Of a stretch of DNA of 64,000 bases, positions 1-12,200 are shown piece by piece. The DNA comes from Klebsormidium nitens (taxonomy: Eukaryota; Plantae; Klebsormidiophyceae). Under the pieces are notes generated by a model. It made no database searches, was not told the origin of the DNA, and saw only the letters and a program-made list of their open reading frames with translations. The position numbers and the translations under genes were made by a program. Position 1 is the first letter of the stretch. Each line of letters starts with the position of its first letter. Location of the stretch: NCBI GenBank assembly GCA_000708835.1, contig DF237119.1, positions 1 through 64,000 on the forward strand, in the 5' to 3' direction.

Positions 1-591
1 CGACATCGACATTGACATTGACCCGGGGCACTTACTGTGACATTGGGGTTACGTTGCAAACCTGTGACGGTTCACGCCAATCGACGAGCGCTTTGTTAGG
101 GTTACGCCATTTCCGAGTGACATTAGGGTTACTCACTGACAGTGACAACCGGGCAGAGTTCTTTTGGTTTTAGTGTGGTAAGCCATTTATCTGACCTCGT
201 TCCATCGTACTAGAAGCCGTACCGCAAAGTGTACGGTAAAACCTGACATTTCTGACGCATTTTTGATCAGTACGGTCCACGCGGATACCCTGTGAACCTA
301 TGATCTCACGTGTAAGATGTTTTCACACTTTTTTGGAGCCTGAGACACTAACAAAAGGAGTCTACTTCGTCGTACTTGCGCCAGTGACTCTGCGCTCTGC
401 CACTACGCTACGACCAAATCCCCCGGGCACAATGTTGTCCGCGGAAATTCGAGCCGAAGGGGGCTTTGTAGGGGCACGCCCACTTTAAAGTCGTCCCTCA
501 TGCTCAATTCGAGCAGAGTATCAGGACTTCTCTTATTACCCAACTTATCTCATATTAAACCCTTACATTCAGATCAGTTGCAGCAGGAACA

Positions 592-2472
592 GTGCAGCGC
601 CAGGCTACCATGGCTGACCTGGCAGCTGCATATGGTGTTTTCATCAGCTATTGCGGCGATGTTAGAAGGGACTTTGCTGTCATGCTGAGAGCGGAGCTGG
701 AGAGGGTTGGAGTCCATTGTTTTCTGGATGTTTCCAGCCTGATGCCTGGGGACAATGTTGACGAGCGGTTGCTGTTTGCAATGCAGACGGCTTCAATTGG
801 CATTGTCATTCTCTCGCCTCGTTTCTTTGAGGGGGAGTGGTGCATGATGGAATTGCACACATTTATGACCAGGGGAAACGCAGTCCCAGTTTTCTTCGCG
901 TCACTTGAGGACTTGAAGGAAGCCCGAAATAAAGCAGTGGCGGATCGCATATGGGAAAGGTTTGGACGGAGATTTGGAGAGATCACAGAAGAGCAGTACT
1001 TAGGGGCTGTTGATGGGGTGCTGAGAACCACTGGACTCAGGCTGGAAGCGCTTGATGGTTGGTGGGATGAGTGCGTTGAAAAAATTGTCCCTGTGGTGTT
1101 GAGAAAGCTTGACAGCAGTGCACGGTTATCAAACCACGAGCAGCTCATAGGCTGTCACGAGCATCTGAGCAATCTCAAGAGGCTGCTGGGAGTACCAAGT
1201 GCCGGGGTGTCCAAAGGAGCGGAGGCAACGTCCAAGGAAACCCTCCTGGTTGAGATCACGGGCATGGGTGGAGTTGGCAAAACGGCCTTGGCAAAAAAGT
1301 TGTACGACGAGGGGGATGTCAGAAAGTGGTTCGGCGGGAATGTGTGCTTCGTGTTCGTCGGTGGAAAGAGCACATGCAGCCGCCAGGAGCAGATTCTTCG
1401 GGAGCTCTGCGACGTAGATGTCAGTATCGAGAACCCTATGGCTGGTAGAGCGGCGATCAAGGAGAAGCTCCATCGCAGAAAAGTGTTTCTTTGCTTGGAC
1501 GATGTGACAAACGCAACAGAGGTGGTTCGGGTGGAGGATCTAGGGCCGGGCAGCCGGGTTGTGACCACGAGTCGGAGCAAGGAAGCCATATCCAGCCTCG
1601 AGTACAAAGTAGAGCTGCTGGACTCCGACGCTTCCTGGAAGCTGTTTTGCTGGCATGCTTTTGGTGGCAAGAATCCTCCTGAGGACTTGGCTCTCCTGTG
1701 TTCAGAAGTCATGAATTTATGTAAAGGCTTGCCCTTGGCCATCAAGGTTTTAGCCCGGCAACTGATGGCAGCAGAAGATCATCACAAGCGTCGCCTTTTA
1801 GAGGAAATTTTGAGACCTCGGGTTGAGGAGACCCGTCAAGAAGCATCAGACCTTCTTTGGGGTGGCTACAAAGCTCTGGAGCCGGCCGCGCTGCAAGACA
1901 GTCTTGTGCTCCTTGCTGGCATGTGGCCTAACTCCCGGGAGTTCAGGGAGTGCGAAAGTGTTGTGAGGAGTCTTGCGGCTGCTGTCTATGGGGAGGAGCC
2001 AGACGCGCGTTTGCGGCTGGAGGCGGCTAGGAGGGCCCTCAAAAGCCTTGTTGATAGAGGACTGATCCAGCTGGGTGGACAGAAAGACTCGCCTTGGGTC
2101 ACTGTTCACGATCTTGTACAGGAGGTTGCCCTGCGTGCCATAAAGGAAAGCATGCGGTTTTGCCGCATAGAGAAGGTGGCCAGTGCTCTTCCCCCTCAGC
2201 AACTGGGCGAATTGGGAGCGGAGCACGTAGTGCTAGAGCTGGGTCCTTCTGAACGACTCTCAGAGAGCTTCTTTGCTACAGTTTCTAGCACCAAGTCTTA
2301 TGTCCTGTTTGGCGGCCCAGGGGGCCACGTTCAATTGCCGAAGTTGCTCAAGCCTGGCCTGATCGGCTGTAGGCTCTTGAGCATTGGGGGTCTCCAAGGT
2401 GGAGCCCGGAGAAGGAGGTTGAAAAGGGAGCTCGTCAACCTCCAGTGTTTGAATGGCCAGCTTATCGGCAAG
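592..2472 (+). CDS. TIR-NB-ARC (NLR-type immune receptor), first coding exon
   Basis: 637-aa ORF. TIR: VFISYCG...FLD...IVILSPRFFEGEWCMMEL (catalytic Glu position kept). NB-ARC: P-loop GMGGVGKT, kinase-2 FLCLDDV, RNBS-B GSRVVTTSR, GLPL (KGLPLAIKV), MHD-like VHD. Strong donor AAG|GTGAGT at 2473; the unspliced ORF would stop at 2505. Confidence 0.93.
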
Positions 2473-2557
2473 GTGAGTATCAGGCTTAGCGGACATTCTG
2501 AATAGCAAGGGCCCATCTAATTGTAGAAACTACTCAACTAAATGTTTCAGCGTTGAG

Positions 2558-2687
2558 TTGATAAAGGTAGTGCCTTTGGGGTCCTGGACCTGCTTACGCC
2601 GATTGTTGGCCACGAGCTGGGCGAACAGTTTGCGCCTGGTGGAGCGGACCGGGGATGGAAAGCTGGCCGGACGGACGACCTCATCAA
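2558..2687 (+). CDS. Small probable exon linking the NB-ARC exon to the COR-like exon (acceptor uncertain)
   Basis: Donor CAA|GTAAGC at 2688 in the frame AFGVLDLLTPIVGHELGEQF...DDLI(K) is phase 2 and joins acceptor 3217 to give DDLIKALESKGIL. The 5' junction with the phase-0 donor at 2473 could not be made to fit this frame. Confidence 0.4.
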
Positions 2688-3216
2688 GTAAGCTGACAGC
2701 TTCTCTGTTTGTAAACGTCGTTTCTTGGCCCGGGCATCTGCTTCAAGTCCATCCGTCCAACTTTGTACGGGGTGAAAGATTCTGATCTGACTGCGGTCGC
2801 TTTTGGCATGTCTGCAACGTGGAAAGCAATTTTTCGAAGTGAATTTGAGTTTGGCTGTGCATTAATCTTATGAGCTTTTAGAACTCTGCATCATCACGTC
2901 TACACTTTGGAAGCTCCCTTGTAATTCTAGGCTTTCAATTGAACCATGGGCTTATCCTAAGTTGCAAAATGCTTATTGGAGCGTCACCACTTCTACCTAA
3001 GCCTTGATTGTTCTTACCGTTTAGGCCTTGATAAGGTGCTCCCATGCTGCAATAAGTTGCTTCTTTGAATTTCTGAGGATCTCTGAATTGGTTTGTGTAC
3101 GGTTGACCTTCAGTCTACAGCCGTGTTCAGGACACGGCCACGTTTTGGAGTCGAATGCGGTCTAGGACTTGGTTGGTTCGTATATTGCTGATTGCTCGCT
3201 GTTTTCTTTCTCCCAG

Positions 3217-4070
3217 GGCCCTCGAGAGCAAGGGCATCCTCTTCCACGACCTCCTCGACCTGCTGCCGGCAATTCGGAAGCTGTCGGAAGAGGGCTTCCG
3301 AGCCCCCGCAGACGAGCTAAAACAGTACGTCCTATACCTGCTCCGGAGTTTCGGACTTGCGTACCCAAGCCGGGACGACAGCTTCGACTACGTGCCCATG
3401 CGGTGCCAGGACCAGACGCCGGCCGACCTCTTCGGGGTGGGCTTCCCGCGGGCTCCGATGGCTGCAGAACCCCCGTCCGCCCAGCTCTTCGGAAAGCGGG
3501 TGCACTTCGAGTTTGGGGTTCCGGAAGGGTTTGCCGAGAACGTAGTTGTTAGTCTTCAAACCCAGCTGGTTCACCACTTCGGCGGGGAGGGCCTGCCCTG
3601 CATCGTGCAGCAGTGGGAGCACGGCACGCTGTTCCAGGCCTGCGTCCGGCCAGGGGGGGCGGCCGACAACCACAACGGAGCCCGGATCCGGATCCTGCTG
3701 CGCGTTCCTCAGGAGGGGGGTGCGCGGGACGTGTTCGAGCTCTTGTGGATGCTGTCGGAACCGGGCGAAGCTGGCAGCCCAACCTTCGTCGCAAGCGAGG
3801 AGCTGGCAGCCCACGTCAACCGCTGGCTAAGCCACTTCTTGGAAGAGAAGGTCGTTGGCCTGGTGTCAGAGGTCTTCTGCCCGTACCTCGTGCCGCTGTA
3901 CGAGGAGCTCGTTGGCTGCAAAGGGCAGGTTTTGGACTCCGAACCGGCGACGAACGGGGAGTTGGGCGGTCACAGCGCTGCCGGGAGCTTGGAGGAGATG
4001 TCGTTGGAAGGGATGTACACGTGGCAAAGAGACCAGAGGCTGAGTGCTAGAGCCCGGCAGCTGTCGACGG
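3217..4070 (+). CDS. Exon encoding a COR (C-terminal of Roc)-like domain
   Basis: Acceptor tctttctcccag|G, donor G|GTGAGT at 4071, inside ORF 3155-4231. Pattern GIL..DLL...YLLRSFGLAY...YVP...RVHFEFGVPEGFAENVVVSL...QWEHGTLF resembles the recalled COR consensus (G.L...L, LL..F.L, Y.vP, F.F.P.GF..RL.V.L, W..G). The exon is well supported; the domain call is moderate. Confidence 0.55.
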
Positions 4071-5115
4071 GTGAGTTTCGGCTTGATTATTGCGGTTTCC
4101 AGTTTGGCGTAGCAGATCATTACAGAAGAGGGCCTAGCTCTGTGTTTCTTAGGGAAAACTGTGTCCGATCCTTGTCAGTGCCAAGGCGAAATTGCGGTTC
4201 GATTGCTTCAATTCCCAGCCGCTTAGTCTGAAGAAAGCCTTCGGTTTGCAGAAAGCATGACCAGCCCGATTGCAATAGCATGGCATGCATATGCCAAGTC
4301 TCCAATCATACGACCTCATGCGAGTCGGTCCTTCTCCCTTTTCAGTGGTTCCCCTTCTAGCTTTCTCTGAAGGGCCTGATCTGAATCCGCACAGGGAAAG
4401 GTGGACCTGCCTCGCTTTCGGACCGAGAGCCGACTGTGAAGGACGATTCGCTCGGCTTCGAGGAGTCCCGGAGTTCTCAGATTGCTCAGGTAAGTGGTAT
4501 GCCGTCACGACTCTTTGCGGCGGGCCACTTTTAGGAGTCTCTGGCGGAATCATAGTGGAACATCGCCTCAGAGGCGTTTCTCTTTTCAGCTTGTCCGTCA
4601 AAAACTACTTATGTCTAAGTAGAGGAGCTCGAGATATCTTTCGAAGTGCTTTGAGCACCCTGAGTTTCGGAAGTCCACTTTTCCTTGGAGAAATAATCCG
4701 AAGCGCGCACTTCAAGGTGAAGGAGCATGAAGGAAGACCTTATAGGAAGTTCAATCCAGACAAATCTAGTGCCTCTTGCGTGCCACCTTGTAGCATAGCT
4801 TACTTCCTCTATAAGTTTCGAAGACACTTCGGACATTTGCAGGTCGACTCGGAGTCACAATTCGCTTAACATTCTGATGTCAAGATCTTTCCTGTCCAAC
4901 ATGGCAGGATCGATTCAAAGTTGCGGGTGGCAGGAGAGCGTCCCTTTCTGCTTTGCCCTGCCGTTCTTGGTATGGGATGCTTGTAACACTTTCTGATCAA
5001 GTGAATTGTATATGGTCGGAAGTTTGTGCGAAGGGACACATCAAAAGAGTGCGCTCTTGAGGGTCTGCTTTCGAGTCTCCAAAGCCGTTGACTAATTACT
5101 TTTCGTGTTTTCCAG

Positions 5116-6694
5116 GAATGGGAGCTGGTGCCAGACGATTTGTTGACCATGAAGCAGGGGCAACTAAATGTCTCCTTCACACGGTTGGGAGCCCGGCAGG
5201 CCGTCTACTTCAGCCACTTCTTCAGCAACCGGCTGGTCGAGCTGAACGTGTCGAACGCATCTTTGGGCGGTATGCACGTCGACCTCACGCCGAACCGCCA
5301 GTTGAAGATCCTCAACGCCGGCTTCAACAACATCTGCGTCATCCAGAAAGGCAATTGGACTCTTCCGGAGTCTCTTGAGAGCCTCTTCCTCTACCGGAAC
5401 GGGCTCAGCAGTGTTCCCGCGCACGTCTCCAGCCTACCCTCCATTGCTAATTTCAACGGTGATGGTAACGAGCTCGTCAGCTTCCCGGACCTCAACGAAA
5501 GCGTCAGGACCCTCTCTCTCAGCCACAATCGGTTCTCTTCCCTCCCCCAAAAACGTCTTCGACACTTCGGAAAGCTGAGCGTGCTCGACTTGAAGGGAAA
5601 CTCCCTAAGCAAGCTGCCCTCGGAGATCGGCCTCCTTGTTGCTCTTGAGCAGCTCCTCCTTAGCCAAAACCACCTCGAAGAGCTCCCTTCTGAGATCGGA
5701 GACCTGCCATGGCTTCGGGTTCTCGACGTCGCCTACAACCGCCTTCAAACCCTACCGGAGACGGTTGGGCGGTTGACTCAGCTTGAAGAGCTCTTCGTCG
5801 GGTATCAGGGTGTCAGCTTGCGGGCAAAGGGACAGAATGGACATCCGGGGGAGAAAGCGGGTGTGTCGTGGGGCCTCGTGGGCGGCACCGTGGCCTTCGC
5901 CCTGCCAGAAACGCTTGTCGGAGACGGCCTCAAAAGCCTCCGGGTTCTCGCCAGTCAACGCAACAAGATGGGCCCGTCCCTGCCCGTCTGGGTCTGCAAG
6001 CTGCGGACTCTCGTCGAGCTAGACGTCGAGGACAACAACCTGGAGTTTTTGCCCGACAACGACAGCTTCTTGAGCGGCCTTGTCGCTTCGGGGTCCTGGT
6101 CGTGGCGATCGGCATATATGGTTGGTGGGGGGCAGAAATCTAGGCTGGCCCTGCCGGCGCTCGAGATCTTGTGTCTGAGTCGCAACCGCCTCAGGAGTTT
6201 TCCGGGGTGGATCGGGGAGAGCAGGCAATGCAGGGTCATTGAAGCGAACGGAAACATGTTGGAGCGGATTCCGGTTGAGTTCCACCGCCTCCATAGGCTG
6301 GAAGTTCTGGAACTGGGGGGCAACCAGGAACTGGGGTTCGTCAAGGCCGTACAGGAGGGCCCTCACGCGGTTAGACGTGCCTGCCACCTCAGGCTTGTTC
6401 GGGCTAGGGCGTTCTCACTTTCCGCCTCCTTCCTCATGGCGCTCCTTGCGTTGGTATTCGCCAGCTCTCTCCCTCGCGCGCTCGGTCAAGGCGAGGCCTC
6501 CTGCGCAGCGCCGCGCGCCAGGGGCCACAGCGCGCATCCCGTCCCGCTTGACCTCCTGTCAGTGGGCCTGCTCTTCGTCCTCGTCTTGCTGGTGCGACTA
6601 TGGGAAGCAGTTGGCTGGGTAGCCCTTGGAGTCGCGCCCACCAGCTCCGGTGCCGCTCGCAACGCCGCCTCCAACCATCCCCCGGAACTGAGAG
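5116..6694 (+). CDS. Leucine-rich-repeat exon ending in two hydrophobic (TM-like) segments
   Basis: Acceptor gtgttttccag|GAA; ORF 5128-6780. Many LxxLxLxxNxLxxLP repeats (LSVLDLKGNSLSKLPSEIG, LEQLLLSQNHLEELPSEIG, LRVLDVAYNRLQTLPETVG). Then SASFLMALLALVFASSL and LLSVGLLFVLVLLVRLW. A small exon 4395-4489 (phase 1 in, phase 0 out) can join it in frame to the COR-like exon. Confidence 0.88.
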
Positions 6695-6741
6695 GTGAAG
6701 ACATCGAAATTGATTGCTGCCTGATTTCTAAGCATTTGCAG

Positions 6742-8440
6742 GGGTGCAAGCTAACCGACTCGGGGATGAGGCAGCCGTAGTGCTTTCGACCAGCCTTCAG
6801 AAACTCCGAACGTGGGTGCTGATATTTTGTCGGAAATCATTGAAGGTGCATGACCGCGAACAGTCGATTCCACCCATCCAGATCTGGAGGAGCAATCGCT
6901 TCATAATAGTGCAGTTTCTGTCTGTAGGTTATCATTCTCGATCGGTGATGCACGTCGATGGTGTCTTCTCTTTTTTGGAAGGGTCCGCAAACAACTGCTT
7001 TTCGTTCTCTGACAGACGAGGAGGAGGAGTGGCTGTTTCAAACACAATCGGGGTCTGCCTTTCCGGCCAACGACCCGGAGCTCCAGTCGCCACCGTCAGA
7101 GGGCCGGGTAAGCGCACTCTCTTAAGGGGCACAAGCCCAAATCCGTAAATATCATGGATGATGAAAGTTGAAAGTTTACGGGTTGAAATATCGCTTCCTA
7201 TACTGTTTAAGTCTTTACGCATCACGTGCAAACAGTTTTGTTGAGGTGTCCGCTCTGTCCATTTGTTTGCACGATGAACTCAGTGATTGTTTCTCGAGCA
7301 CGCAGCTACTTTGTGTCTGGTCTTCATGCAATCGAGCTTGCCACCTGGCAGCGAAACGAAGTTGTCCGTACTTTTTACCAAACGAAAGAGCGCCGAAGTT
7401 TTGCTGGGCAGACTCTTGACCACAATCTTTCTCAATCTTGAGGAGGCTTACCCGGGCCAAACAACCCGGGGGAAGTCCTACAGCATTGAAGAGGGCGGCA
7501 TTCCTTCGATGCAGGCCGTTTCGTTGGCGCCAATTCAGTCCCTGAGCGTCAAGCTTTCAATCAGCGCATCGGAACTGGCCCTAGAGGAAAACGGCGCGGC
7601 GGAGCTGGCGGCCTTCGAGTTTGACGGTAAGTATGTTGCTCGCTTCGCCGTTTCTGAGCAAGGGGTGACTGAGGAAACGCTCTAGTAGACTGTTTAAAGT
7701 GGGTGCATTTACACAGTCAGCTCGAGTCGGCAAATTCCTGTTGCTTATCATAAACTGCCCCCTTTCGTCAAGCGCTCGTGCAAAGACAAATCGGTGAAGA
7801 CTGGCTGAAGTGAAGCTACGAGCACGTCCAATCCTGAAACTCCACCTCCTCATGTCAAGGTGAGGACGAGCGTTCAGCTGCCAAGAACGACGTCGGGAGC
7901 AACGGTGGCGGCATGCACAAGCAGGGGAAGGATGCGGACCCCTTAACCAGGACTTCTGCTGGTAAGAATACTCGGAAAACAAGTCAGTGTTTTGAAAGTC
8001 AGCATTATGCAGATTGGGGATGCCAAACGTTCACAGAATGTGTCTTCGAGCTTTTTTTTGTCATGACAATATCAGGAAAAAGGTACGTGGATATATATTC
8101 CACGGCAAGTCCAGATCCGATAGGACATGATTTCCTGTAAGAGGGCATACTGCTCTTCATCGATTTCAATTGCTTTGTTTTTCAAGCAATTACAAGTCGA
8201 AAAGGTCGGTCATATAACGTCTCGAAACCGCATCCCGGGTGTGACGTACTCGTGCGGCCTCTTAAACGTTCGGCGTCAAAGAAGAACGAATGGCGCGAGC
8301 TAAAGAGCGGATTGTAGCACTCATGCAGCGCAGGTCTCCACAACTTGGACCCGCCACTTGGCGTTTCAGGATTTGTGCAGTTCATTCTCTGCCATTCTCC
8401 TCCTTTTGGTCCTTGCAAGATGCCTGGCCGGTCTTCTTGA
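6742..8440 (+). CDS. Probable terminal exons of the LRR/TM gene (6742-6811, 7412-7626, 8334-8440)
   Basis: Phases chain 1/2/1: GVQANRLGDEAAVVLSTSLQKLR|TLLTTIFLNLEE...AAFEFD|GLHNLDPPLGVSGFVQF...RSS*. The first intron would be only 47 nt (6695-6741), so the model is tentative. Confidence 0.45.
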
Positions 8441-9286
8441 CAAAGTTTAACGCCTGCAAGCTTTTCTGTAGGATTTGAGGTGTTCCAAAGGTATGATGGG
8501 CGACTTGCATGTAATATACCTCACTATCATGTTCAAGCCTACCTGAACATCACGCAGAACGCCTCGTCTATCGCCGTAATGAGTCTGAATAGGGGTTTGA
8601 AAGCCTGGAATTTGCTAACCACTATGTAACCCATTTTTGGTAGGTGGTGGAGACGGAACGCCTTTTGCGTTGGACGAGGGAGCGCGCGGCGAGGAGACGG
8701 ACCTCCTGCTCGCGGTCGAGAGAGCTCAGGTACGAAGCTGATTGTGGGACGGACTTAGCTTAAGATGGGCTCGTTTCAATGCGCAGACACAAGCTTCATC
8801 TTAAGCTGAACCTGCTGTCCGTGGCGGTTTCAGCATCGATATCAGCATGAAACTACCGCGGAATAAGCAGCATTACTCGCTCAATGGCAGTCACGCAATA
8901 GACGCCCCTGGAGGGCGTCAGTGAGGCGAATGTCAACGGGAAGATCTCTCAGGGCAGCCTCGAAGCCCCCTCTCTACACCGAGGATCTGAAAAGGGTGTC
9001 GTCCCGCTCTTGTGTGTCTGCTTCCTGTGTATAGTTTGAGCTGGTCCTATTAAAGCTTGGAGGCCGTCTTTGGCACTTCGGAACCTTAATTGCTCAGGAC
9101 ACTTGAAAACTCTTGACGTACATTTGCTTTCGTATTCCAGGCGTCTCATTCCTTGGTTTGCACCTGTTAAGGACTTCTCATTCAAGCGGATTGACATCTG
9201 TACTTGCTTAAGGTGCTGCTATTCCTTCTTAGCAGGCTGCTCGACGACTTTCCGCACCTGCCCAAAGAGGCGGAGATGCGGTCAAC

Positions 9287-12200
9287 ATGCAGTCCCCCAG
9301 CGAGCCTCAGGATCCGGATATGGGCCACCCTAACGGATGTGCTCAAGCTTTTGCAATCCGGCAAGAAGAAGATGGCTTAAGGTACGCTGCCCGTAGCTTT
9401 TTACGACATGCTCGTGAGCGGTTTTCTGTGAAAGCGGCTGTCTCCGGTGCTGGTGTGCTTGTCAGAAGGTGCCTCTCACAAGGACGACTTCAAAGAACCG
9501 TGCTTTTGGAGCTTCCTTTTGGTGTGGCGTCGTTGTCGATTAGCGGTGCTTGATTAAGCAGGCCAGAAACTTAACGTTGTGTCTTAATTTGACCAGGTTC
9601 GCGGCGCCCAAGAGACTCGCCATCTTGGAGGGCGGAGGATGCTGCACCCTGACCGCGTCCGGCCGGGAGGTATCTAAACGGCTTGCGCGTTCCGGCGAGG
9701 CACCAGCTCAGAGCGGTGCTACAAAACCAGAGAATCGTGCCCAGTCTGACGATGCCTCAGGTAATGCAATCAACAAAAGCGCTTTCTCTTGAGAAGAGAT
9801 TCCTTGAGTCACGCAAAAGGAGAGACGTTGAGCGTCATTATGGTACAGTACGAGTTGCGTGCGCTTACTCAGATACGCTCCCTTTCATTCGTCGGAGCAC
9901 TTGGATGCGGGCGCAAGGCTAGTTCGCTGACCACCCTGGGAAAGTTGGAAGGGCGCAACATCTGTTGACCGGTTCTGTGCTTCAACCACTCACATCTTTC
10001 ACAACAAAGTAAAGTTCCGCACTCCGCAGATGAGTCCCTACGGCCATAGTGCTTGCTAAACGGGGCCTCATTTGCTGTAAGACCTGTCGTAGTCATTCCT
10101 CGGTACATGCAGCTGCTGGTTTACTGCGGTGGTTCTCGGCACTTCCATGGGCGGCGCTTTTGACCTCCGCTAATCCCATTTTGTCTGTTCGCAGGGTGCA
10201 CTAACCGCCGGGCCAGCTTGCAGCAGCTTCACGATGGAGTCCGCCGGGCTCCGCAGCGCCCGCCCTGCGGCTTGCGTTCCTGCTACTCCTCGCTCTCCTC
10301 CCGGTCACCTTTGCAGACTCCCCGGTTCCTTCTGCGCTTGCGCTAGGGACTAGAGAATCAGCCCGGGTCGAGATCCACCTGTCTCTTGGATCAGCAGACA
10401 TCCACCTCTCGCTCACGCCAGCAGAGCTATTGGCCGGTCTCGCCATCGTCGTAAGTGGCGTCGTTGGCACAATCCTTGCTCTAGTGCTGCTTGTGACAAG
10501 TTCGCATCAGCCGGCCCCACCTCCAGCTCCCCCCAGTCCTGCCCCGTCCCCTAACCCCGCCGCGAGCCCTTCCCAAGACCCCGGAAAGACGGTAGGGCCA
10601 CGATACGTGCGCACTTTCGAGTGGCCGGTTACGCCTGACCAGAAGCCGGTGTGCCCGAAGCTGCACAAGGACGTCGCGAAACAAGGCAGAGTTGTGGATC
10701 GGGTCCTGCAGAAGCCCACTAGGGGGGGCGCTGTCACGGTGAGCTTCCGTGTCAAACGCTTCTGGAAGGGAGTCTTCTTCCGTGAACACGGGTATCTTTG
10801 GATACGATTAAGAGTGCGAAAGCGTCCAGCGTTCACCTCCGTTCCTGCAATCCGTTGGTCAAGAGCAAGATGCAATCGCTTCTAGAATGCGACTAGAACG
10901 CCGTAACGGCGTTGCCCAGTCATGGTTCTCGTCTGCTTGCGAGGAGCACAAGAAAAGCAAGCGGCCGCATGCATTTCGTGTGCTTCTCTCTTGACTTGTC
11001 GACTTGTGTGCAGGTGTATTCCACCTGCACCATCAACCATCCTGCGGACTTCAAAGAGATGGGCCAGCCGTTGAAGGTCGTCACAGTGACGTTGAAGGTG
11101 TATTCTCAGCATCACCGGCTGCCCGAGCTCCTGGGCGAGGACAAAGAGAAAGATCACGGCTTTTACCAGGTCAGGCTTCTTCTCATATCTTGCGCGCAGC
11201 CATGATTTGCGGAGCCGCACTGCGGAGAATTGGACGCGGGAGAAAATCAGCTTCTTGGCTCTCCTGGGGGCATCTTGAGACCACGTCGTAACCCGTCAAA
11301 TCCGGAGAAACAGTTTCAGATTCGGAGCCTCCGCGGGTACCTTGCCGTTTCGTTTACTGGGCGACCGACAAGCACGTTTGAGGATAGTCAGGTCGCCCTC
11401 TGAGGTCGTTGTGGACATGTTCTCTTACGCCCCATAATAATCATGCTGGCACCTCGCGATGTGACAAGTTTCTAGTATGCCGAAGCGCTGAATGAGAGAA
11501 TGACGGGGTTTACCGAGCCGTTCACTAAGTGCCGCTTCGCATGCATCTGCAGGAGAAGATGCGCGTCAACCTGCGGCCGAAAGATCCTCGGGGGTACAAA
11601 AAGCAGCCTGCGGTGCCAAACACCGACGATTTCCAGCGGCAGGTTGATCAGACTTGCAAAAATGTGAGGAAAATCCACTATTACAGCGGGTCTCATTGCT
11701 GGATCACTCCACTCTTGCCCTGGTACTCCTTTTCCGTCTTCTAGGCATCAGTAAACGGAGGCTCCAGCAAAAGGAAGCTCCCTTATCATTTAACAATTGC
11801 GAACACCGTTTCCTTGTTTGCAATCATCAATCTCAGCATCTCGAAAGTCGAATAAACGTTGCTTCCAAGGACCTTAAAAGTGTGGACAGACACCTCATCG
11901 GCTTTGCAGACACAAGGGATCGAGGCAAACGGAGTGCTGGAGTTCACGGGGGTGTTTCCTTTCGTGAAAGTCAGCGGCGGCGGTAAACGGACCTCCGCTT
12001 CGGAGGCTCTCACTGCGGTCAGGGAGCTGGAGCGACCCATCGTCGTCCAGGAGGAAGGCGCCGTGAGCAACAAGCAGGAGTTCACTTGGTCAATCTGCTT
12101 GGGCCGAGAGCACGAGCGGTCGGCCCTTCTTGCGAACGGGGAGGTCAAACGAAGGATAGTCCCGCCTGAGCAGGGCCCTATCGTGGAGGACTATTGCACC

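Noticed and set aside
592-1140. Bacterial anti-phage TIR (Thoeris/Avs-like) system
   Set aside because: The context is spliceosomal-intron eukaryotic DNA and the NB-ARC motifs are plant-NLR type.
4285-4869. 194-aa ORF between the COR-like and LRR exons
   Set aside because: No recognisable domain; only 4395-4489 in a different frame fits the splice phases, so most is probably intron.
8900-8925. Small GC hairpin gacgccc-ctgga-gggcgtc as a Helitron 3' end or terminator
   Set aside because: A 7-bp stem is common by chance in GC-rich DNA, and no CTRR terminus or other element hallmarks were seen.
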